In this document: in pieces, positions 55,607-64,000 of the stretch
How the letters are laid out: every line of letters begins with the position of its first letter
How positions within the stretch are numbered: the stretch's first letter is position 1
Notes under the pieces: generated by a model
The model's database searches: none
What the model saw: the letters and a program-made list of their open reading frames with translations, nothing else
What the model was told of the DNA's origin: nothing
Translations under genes and position numbers: made by a program
Assembly (NCBI GenBank): GCA_039028615.1
Contig: JBCCHT010000043.1
Span: forward strand, 1 to 64,000
Reading direction: 5' to 3'
Length of the DNA stretch: 64,000 nucleotides
Origin: Myxococcota bacterium
Lineage (GTDB): Bacteria; Myxococcota_A; Polyangia; Nannocystales; Nannocystaceae

Positions 55607-57997
55607 TCACGTCCGCTTGCTGGCCCGCATCACCCGGACCAAATCGGCCTCGTCTTCGGCGAAGGCCACCAGGCGATCGCCGGGCTCGATCTCCAAGTCG
55701 AGCCCGGGATTGACCAGCAGTCGCTTCTGCAGCTCGCCCTGCGGCGACGAGCCCTCGAGCGCCTCCGCGTCGTAGGCGTGCACCGCATTGGTCGCCCGAT
55801 AGAGGCCCAGCGGGATGATGCCCGCGCGTGACTCGAGCCCGTACACGGTTCTTCGGACCGTTCGCCAGGTCTCGCCGTGGAACCACTCGGGCAGGGGCAC
55901 GGTGTAGACCTCGGAGTTGTCATCCCGAAACGAGACGGCGCCGTTGAAGATCTCGGCGAACCCCGGGTCCACGCTGGCGGTCGCCATCCAGCTGTCGGCC
56001 AGCTCGCGCCCCTGCACGGGGATGAGCCAGCGGCGGAAGGGGTCGAAGATCTCCTCGGGGTCTTCGTCGGTGGCCTCGGCGAGGGTGACGGGCAGCGAGT
56101 GCTCCTTGCCCACGTCGTCGCCCGCCAGCGCCGGGTGCTGGAGCGGAGGGGCGACCGAAAAGCCGGTCTTGCCCAGCTCGGGACCCAGCTGCGAGCCGTG
56201 GTGCTCGAACTTGCTGCACGCCTGGTGCACCGCCCGAGCGATGCGCAGCGGGTGATAGCGCGGCCCCTGTTCTTCGTGGTCGGGGCTCTTGAGCACGATG
56301 ACCCGCGCCGCCCGGGGGATCCGCAGGCCCGCCAGGTCCTCGGGCACCTCGGGGTTCTGGTGATAGATGGTCAGCCCCTTCACCCGCGCCAGCTGCAGGC
56401 GAACCCGCCGGGGCAGGGTGTCGGAGACGACCACGTGGATCGGCCGCGAGCGCGTCGGCCCCGGGCTCCGCAGCATGCGGATGAGCTGCAGCATGTCCTC
56501 GCGGAAGTTGAGGATCACGATGTGGTTGCGCAGCCGACGGAAGATCCGGGTCTGGTCGCGCGAGAAGATGTTGGTCAGCGCCGCGGTGAACCAGGCGAGT
56601 GACCCGAGGCCGGCGATGGTCGCCATGGCCCCGATGAAGCGCGCCGTCGAGGACTTGAGCGCCTCCGTATCGAAGTTGCCCGTGGCGAACATGTTCATCT
56701 CCCAGAACGAGTCGTTCAGGGTGCGCACGCGGGCGTTGGAGTCGTGCTCGATGGTCCACACCAAGAAGGTGGCGAGCATGACGATGGTGACGAAGCCGGC
56801 GAAGGGGATCAGCGGGTTGGACAGCTGCCCCTCGAGGTTGGCCTCGAGCGGATCCTTGAGCAGACCGCGGCGCTTGAGCAGCCGCCGCACGAAGAACACC
56901 AGCAGGCCGAGGCCGATGGCCATGGCCAGGTTGCGGAGCCAGCGGGACCGGATCTCGTCGCGCTCGCGCTGCTCGGACACCCGATGCAAGGGGATCGGCT
57001 CCTGCTCGGCAAAGTCGCGCCAGCGGTGCTGGATGCCCAGCGCGTTGTGATCGGGGTGCTGCTCGACCCAGTGCACCGCATCGAGCAGCGCATTGACGGC
57101 GAAGTCGATTTCCTCGGCCCGATCGTCGGGCGGCAACGAGGTCAGCAGCACCGTGGTCACGCACACGGTGGGCACCGCGTAGTCGAGGCCGGGATAGGTG
57201 TCGGCCTCGATCTGGCACACGCGGTAATAGGGGTAGCCGTCGATGAGGCGATCGAGCACCTCGTCGGGCAGCGGGTTGACCGTGGCCACGCCGCTGCCGA
57301 CCACCTGGGCGATGATTTCGTGGCCGGGCTCGGTGGTGCGCAGCATGACCCGCAGGTCGCCGCTGCGCAGGGCCTTGAACGCGGCCGAGCTGCCGCTCTG
57401 CTGGAGCTGGAGTTCCTCGGGCGTCAGCCCGGCCGCCCCCACCAGCACCTTGGCCGTCTCGAAGCTGCCCGAGCCGTCCTTGCCCATGAACAGGCGATGC
57501 TTGGAGAGATCGGTGAACGAGTCCAGTCGCAGCGGGCGACGCACGAGCACGTGCACCGCCCCGTCGGTCATGGCGGAGATGAGGCGCAGGTGCGAGCCGT
57601 GGGCATCCTCGGCGGAGACCTTGCACATGAAGCCGCCGGCCTTCTCGAGCGCCACTTCGTCGGACTCGCCTTCGTCGAGCGCATGGTGGGCGGCCTCGCT
57701 GGCCTTGAACGCCTCGGCGGCCACGTCGTACTGCACCAAGGCAAAGTCGAGCTGGCCCTGCAGCAGCCGATGGATGTTGTCGCAGGACCCCTTGGTGTTG
57801 TGGATGTCGATGCTGATCTTCTCGCCGGTATGCTCGAGGCCTTCGGCCACCGCCTTGGAGATCCGGGTGAACCCGCCCGTCTTGCTGCCCGCGCCCCAGC
57901 GATAAGTGGGCGTGTCCGCGAAGGCCCGCTGCGGGATCGAGCCCAGCAGCAGCACCCACGGGAGCATCAGCACCAGGCGTCGGATCGAGTCCCTCAT
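55607..57997 (-). CDS. TAXI-type solute-binding domain fused to a K+-channel-like pore and RCK domain
   Basis: Signal peptide; GSKTGGF, TKGSCDNI, LDFALVQYD, GSGS and IPLH (TAXI); TM, TLNDSFW..FATGNFD, TM; RNHIVILNF (RCK). Confidence 0.8.
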   Translation of the reverse strand: MRDSIRRLVLMLPWVLLLGSIPQRAFADTPTYRWGAGSKTGGFTRISKAVAEGLEHTGEKISIDIHNTKGSCDNIHRLLQGQLDFALVQYDVAAEAFKASEAAHHALDEGESDEVALEKAGGFMCKVSAEDAHGSHLRLISAMTDGAVHVLVRRPLRLDSFTDLSKHRLFMGKDGSGSFETAKVLVGAAGLTPEELQLQQSGSSAAFKALRSGDLRVMLRTTEPGHEIIAQVVGSGVATVNPLPDEVLDRLIDGYPYYRVCQIEADTYPGLDYAVPTVCVTTVLLTSLPPDDRAEEIDFAVNALLDAVHWVEQHPDHNALGIQHRWRDFAEQEPIPLHRVSEQRERDEIRSRWLRNLAMAIGLGLLVFFVRRLLKRRGLLKDPLEANLEGQLSNPLIPFAGFVTIVMLATFLVWTIEHDSNARVRTLNDSFWEMNMFATGNFDTEALKSSTARFIGAMATIAGLGSLAWFTAALTNIFSRDQTRIFRRLRNHIVILNFREDMLQLIRMLRSPGPTRSRPIHVVVSDTLPRRVRLQLARVKGLTIYHQNPEVPEDLAGLRIPRAARVIVLKSPDHEEQGPRYHPLRIARAVHQACSKFEHHGSQLGPELGKTGFSVAPPLQHPALAGDDVGKEHSLPVTLAEATDEDPEEIFDPFRRWLIPVQGRELADSWMATASVDPGFAEIFNGAVSFRDDNSEVYTVPLPEWFHGETWRTVRRTVYGLESRAGIIPLGLYRATNAVHAYDAEALEGSSPQGELQKRLLVNPGLDLEIEPGDRLVAFAEDEADLVRVMRASKRT

Positions 57998-58755
57998 GCG
58001 TCCACCAGCACCAGCAGGCCCGCCGCGTCGCGCACGGGGTGACGGGGACCGGGGTTGATCACCAGCGCGGGGTCGTCCCCCGGCTCGCTCGGGGGCAGCT
58101 GCAGGCCGATGGGCGTCACCGGGCGCCCCTGCTCGTCGCTCTCCACATCGCGAGCCACATCGAAGAAGCTGCCCTCGCGCCACTGCGGCTGGACCTCCCA
58201 CAGCCGCACGCGATAGCGACCACGCAGCAGCCCGTAGACGAACTGGAACACGCCCAGATCGACGCACGCGTGGGCCAGCAGAGCCGCCCGCAGATAGCCG
58301 GGATAGAACACGGTGGCGACGCCGAGCCCCGCGAACTCGTAGGCGGCTTCGGGGTCCTCGACCTCGACGAGGATGTTGGGCACCGCACCGGAGCTGCAGG
58401 CCCGTGCCACCGCCACGCAGGTGAGGCGGGACGCGGCATCGGGCTCTTCGGCGAAGCGATCGGGCAGCACGATCACCGAGCGTGCCGACGCGATGTCGAC
58501 CTGCTTGCGGAGCGTCCGCGCCAGCGGATCGAGGCCTTCGGCCAACCCGGGCGCCTGGACGTACCGCAGCAGCGATCGCGCCGAGCTGTCGGACAAGGCC
58601 TGCTCGACGTCGGCGGCGGCCTCGGTCCCCACACACACCACGGGCGGCAGCTCACCGGGCGAAGGGGGCGCCACTTGGGCCAGGGCTCGGACCAGTCCCT
58701 GTGCTTCGGGTGACCAGTTGATGATCACCATGGGAGCGTAGGGCTTGTCCGTCAC
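57994..58755 (-). CDS. Stand-alone RCK-like (TrkA-N type) regulatory domain protein
   Basis: MVIINW, ASARSVIVL..PDA, NILVEV and PIGL..LVINP; 4-nt overlap with the channel gene. Confidence 0.72.
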   Translation of the reverse strand: MTDKPYAPMVIINWSPEAQGLVRALAQVAPPSPGELPPVVCVGTEAAADVEQALSDSSARSLLRYVQAPGLAEGLDPLARTLRKQVDIASARSVIVLPDRFAEEPDAASRLTCVAVARACSSGAVPNILVEVEDPEAAYEFAGLGVATVFYPGYLRAALLAHACVDLGVFQFVYGLLRGRYRVRLWEVQPQWREGSFFDVARDVESDEQGRPVTPIGLQLPPSEPGDDPALVINPGPRHPVRDAAGLLVLVDA

Positions 58756-58854
58756 CGTACCTTCGTCGATCGGGAACGCACGATGCCCCCAATCCCTTCA
58801 TGGGTCAAGACACGCCCATGCTAGGCTTTCCCTTCGTCGCCCGGGCGCCGCCGC

Positions 58855-59679
58855 ATGCCCCCCACCGAGTTCCTGGTCTTGGGCCTGGTGGCCCTGCTCT
58901 CGTTTGGGCTGAGTTACCTCGGCGCATCGGTGGGCTTGGTGTTCGGGCAGCTGCGCCTGCCGATCCTCGTGTACTGGCTGGGCTCGCCCGTCGTGGGGGC
59001 CGCCACCAGTCTGTGCATCTCGGCCGTGGCTGCGCTGGTGGGCGCGGCTCGACACGCCCGCGCGGGACGGGTCGACCCGCGGCTGTTGGTGACGATCGCC
59101 GTTCCGTCGGCCATCGCCGCGTGGCTGTCCGCTCAGATCGCCCCGCGCCTCGACCCCGGCCTCGTCAAGCTCTTCATCGGCCTGACCTTGGTCATCACCG
59201 GCTTGGTGATGCTGTGGTCGATGGCCCGGAGCCGACGCGAGGCGCTCGAGCGCAAGGGGCACGACGGCGCCGACGAGGTTGTCGACGACGATCCCCCCGA
59301 GGACGACGCGGCCCCACGGCCGCAGCTGGTGGCCGAGGTAGGTGTAGGCGCGAGCTTGGGCGCCATCGCGGGTGTTGTGGGGCTCCTGCTCGGCACCCTG
59401 CGATTGCCCGCCATGATGAAGCTCGGGGTCCAGGCCGACCGCGCCGTCGGCACCAACATGGCGATCGGCAGCATCACCGGGCTGGTTGCCGGAACGGCGG
59501 CCATGACCGAGGGGAACGTCGACCTGTGGGCATTCGGGGTGATCACCCCCGCCACCATGATCGGGGCCTATCTCGGCGCCAGCACCACGGGCAAGCTCGA
59601 CAAGGCGACCCTCCGCAAGCTCATCGCCTGGTCGCTGCTCGGGCTGGGAAGTTGGATGGCCGCCGAGCCTTGGTGGTGA
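58855..59679 (+). CDS. TauE/SafE family sulfite exporter
   Basis: About eight TM segments; GAATSL, AVGTN and GAYLGA. Confidence 0.88.
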   Translation: MPPTEFLVLGLVALLSFGLSYLGASVGLVFGQLRLPILVYWLGSPVVGAATSLCISAVAALVGAARHARAGRVDPRLLVTIAVPSAIAAWLSAQIAPRLDPGLVKLFIGLTLVITGLVMLWSMARSRREALERKGHDGADEVVDDDPPEDDAAPRPQLVAEVGVGASLGAIAGVVGLLLGTLRLPAMMKLGVQADRAVGTNMAIGSITGLVAGTAAMTEGNVDLWAFGVITPATMIGAYLGASTTGKLDKATLRKLIAWSLLGLGSWMAAEPWW

Positions 59680-59812
59680 GCCGAACGACGTTGAGGGAAG
59701 ATGCGCGTGATCGAGCGCCACCGATCCCAATTCAAGCCTCTTGCACGTCCATTGACTTGTCTGGGACCATTTGTGGGTATTTCAGCCGATTTCGGCCAGC
59801 CCGCTCACGCAC

Positions 59813-61822
<2,010 letters not shown>

Positions 61823-61825
61823 GGC

Positions 61826-62743
61826 TCAGGCCCCGTGCACGGCGAGGTTCGACACGCCGATGCGCAACTGCAACGTGCCCGAGCGACGCTCGACGATGTT
61901 GCCCGCGTCGCGGATCCCCGCTTTGACCAGCTGCTGGCGCGCTCGGTAGACCCACAGGTTGAGTAGCTGCAGGTCGATGCCCAGGTCCCGCACGAGATCC
62001 TCGCGATGGATCCAGCCGTGCTCGGAGTCCTTGAGGTGCTCACGCTCGCGGTCGGCCAGGCGAATGCGGGCCAGCGCCAGCAACAGCTGCGCGTGGGCAC
62101 GCGGCTCGATCTCCACCTTGCCGTGCTCGTGCGAGAGCCGAACCGCCACGTACTCGCCGTCGCGGCTGACGAAGAAGTCGAGCGAGATCGCATCGAGCGG
62201 CAGCGGCCGGCTCTCTGCGTCGCGGGTCTGGTCGGACACGGTCGGCAGGTAGATCGTCCACGACACGTCGCCGACCACCACGATCTCTCGATCGCTGATG
62301 ACCTTGGTCGCGTCGCCGCTCTCCATGACCCACTGCCCGGTCGCGTCTTCGAACACGGTGACCTCGGGGTTTTCACCCGAAGGCAGGCAGAGCAGGTTGG
62401 AATCGGCCAACACCGCCGGACCGTCGTTGCCCATCGCCATGAGGCGAGGCGGCTCGATCTCGGCCAGCGTGTAGCGGTCTTCGACGTCGCCGAACGCCAG
62501 CAATGAACCACGACCGATCGGCTTGCGCTCGCCCGCAGCGAGTCGCGTGCCGTCGACGAAGGTGCCATTGCGACTGCCGAGGTCTTGGACCATCCAACGA
62601 TCGCCATCCCAAGTGACTTCGGCGTGAAGCCCGGAGACTTGTGGCTGCGCCAAACGGAGCTGACACGCCGAGCCGCGACCCACTACGTGGTGTGCAGCAA
62701 GCACGTGCCCAACCCCCGAACTGAGGTGCTTGAGGAGTGCCAC
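61826..62743 (-). CDS. FHA domain protein with C-terminal winged-helix-like region
   Basis: VGRG..VSGLHA..DLGSRNGTFVDG; VYRARQQL..IVERR. Confidence 0.88.
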   Translation of the reverse strand: MALLKHLSSGVGHVLAAHHVVGRGSACQLRLAQPQVSGLHAEVTWDGDRWMVQDLGSRNGTFVDGTRLAAGERKPIGRGSLLAFGDVEDRYTLAEIEPPRLMAMGNDGPAVLADSNLLCLPSGENPEVTVFEDATGQWVMESGDATKVISDREIVVVGDVSWTIYLPTVSDQTRDAESRPLPLDAISLDFFVSRDGEYVAVRLSHEHGKVEIEPRAHAQLLLALARIRLADREREHLKDSEHGWIHREDLVRDLGIDLQLLNLWVYRARQQLVKAGIRDAGNIVERRSGTLQLRIGVSNLAVHGA

Positions 62744-62980
62744 TCGGAACACCGTATCATCTCGCGGCGAGCCCGCTGGTTGTCCGGCGCACACTTCGTG
62801 TCTGCGCCCCGTGGGTGCCCTGCTCACGAATTCACGCCTCCGGGTGTGAATTTGGGTCTAGGCCCCACGATGGGTTTCGAATATCAGGGTTCGCCGTACA
62901 CGAGATTCTTCACGCCGCGGGGACGAGTTCATCGCCTTTTTTCGTGGCCCGCGAAGCCGGACTGAGACAATGGAATTCCC

Positions 62981-64000
62981 ATGACCTGGCTCCCGCTTGC
63001 CGGCCTCGTATTCGCCGCCACCACGGCGACCGCAGCGCCCGAGATCCACGAGACCGAAGCGGAACGACTCCACCGTAAAGGGGTCCACTGCATGGAGGTC
63101 ATCGAGCGCTCGGAATGCGCCATCGAGCACTTCGAAGCGCTGCTCGACTTGGACACGCGCCACCGCGAGCTGCTCACCGACGGCCTGCTCCGGCTCATCC
63201 GTCTGTATCGCAAAGAAGGTCGGGAGGAAGAGATCGGCCCGCTGCTGCGCCAGTTCTGGGACGCGGGCGGGGACCGGCGGTCCCGCGGGCACGTGCCCTA
63301 CTCGGCCCGCTTCCTGCCCGTCGAGATCAACATGATGCTGAACATCGACCCGCCGCGGGTGTTGAGCTCGGCGCTGATCGAGCGGGGCGACAACGTCGGC
63401 GAGTACCTGTTCACCTGCGACGACGTCCGCCGCAACGACATCGAGATCGAGCACCGCTGGCATCGCGCCGCCAAGCGAGCCGCCGTCGAGGGCCGCGAGA
63501 CCTGGGAGCTGTTCTACGAGGGTCTCGAAAAAGAGTGGGAGCGCGACCGCAAGCGGGCCGAGATGAAAGAAAAGCGAGAGAAGAAGCAGGAAGAAGGCCG
63601 GGACGCGCCGCCTTCGCTGCTCTTCGCCGTCTCGTGTCCGCTGGTCACCGCGCTGGGGCAGACGGACAACCGCGCCTGGCGGCGCATGACCGGGGCCTCG
63701 CATCACCGCGAGCGGGACAAGGTCGCGGCCATCTTCCAGATCGACGATCTGGATCGGCACCTCGCGTCCGCGGTGGAGGCGGGGCGCCTCGTGCCCGACG
63801 GCCCCGGCCGCTGGAGCCTGCCCGACTTCGAGTTCGGCGAGCAGACCGTGCGCATCGCCTCGCTCGATCACGACGAGCTGGTCGTCGCCCCCGTCCCCAT
63901 CCTCGACCAGATGCAGGCCGCCCGGCGCAAGCGCAAGCGCAACATGAACCGCGAGCTCGACAAGCTCATCGGCAAGGTCCCCAAGGACACCGGAATGTTC
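62981..64000 (+). CDS. Hypothetical secreted protein, partial (runs off the window)
   Basis: MTWLPLAGLVFAATTATAAPEIHE...; signal-like N-terminus; frame appears open to the window end. Confidence 0.75.
   Translation, partial: MTWLPLAGLVFAATTATAAPEIHETEAERLHRKGVHCMEVIERSECAIEHFEALLDLDTRHRELLTDGLLRLIRLYRKEGREEEIGPLLRQFWDAGGDRRSRGHVPYSARFLPVEINMMLNIDPPRVLSSALIERGDNVGEYLFTCDDVRRNDIEIEHRWHRAAKRAAVEGRETWELFYEGLEKEWERDRKRAEMKEKREKKQEEGRDAPPSLLFAVSCPLVTALGQTDNRAWRRMTGASHHRERDKVAAIFQIDDLDRHLASAVEAGRLVPDGPGRWSLPDFEFGEQTVRIASLDHDELVVAPVPILDQMQAARRKRKRNMNRELDKLIGKVPKDTGMF

Overview
A GC-rich window that looks myxobacterial, inferred from a MYXO-CTERM-type sorting signal, a DUF1552/DUF1592 pair and several Ser/Thr kinase and FHA proteins. 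In order it holds: a cNMP-binding protein; a MacAB-like exporter with three tandem adaptors; lipocalin and SOUL genes; a carotenoid cluster (crtI, crtB, acyltransferase, glycosyltransferase, crtC, crtD, crtE); a pseudokinase-TPR protein; PhzF; a two-component system; two small tRNA operons; tgt, mvaS, rsmI and an ArmA/Rmt-like methyltransferase; an FHA-PilZ/PilT/PilT/FHA-PilZ/PilZ cluster; a Rieske-TPP enzyme fusion; a TAXI-pore-RCK channel-like fusion with a separate RCK gene; and a kinase-REC-cyclase. The most striking signal is missing from the supplied ORF track. Each tRNA pair (CAT+GAA; ACG+CAG) lies downstream of a sigma70-like promoter and a short leader ORF enriched in the amino acids those tRNAs would carry (MERFTTTTPMNTERMFGMGFMFGTC; ...GGRLRLRLRVGGRRLLRVA), followed by hairpins. 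Three of the four tRNAs are structurally atypical. This suggests attenuator-controlled backup tRNA cassettes. All calls come from manual motif reading; no database searches or folding computations were run.
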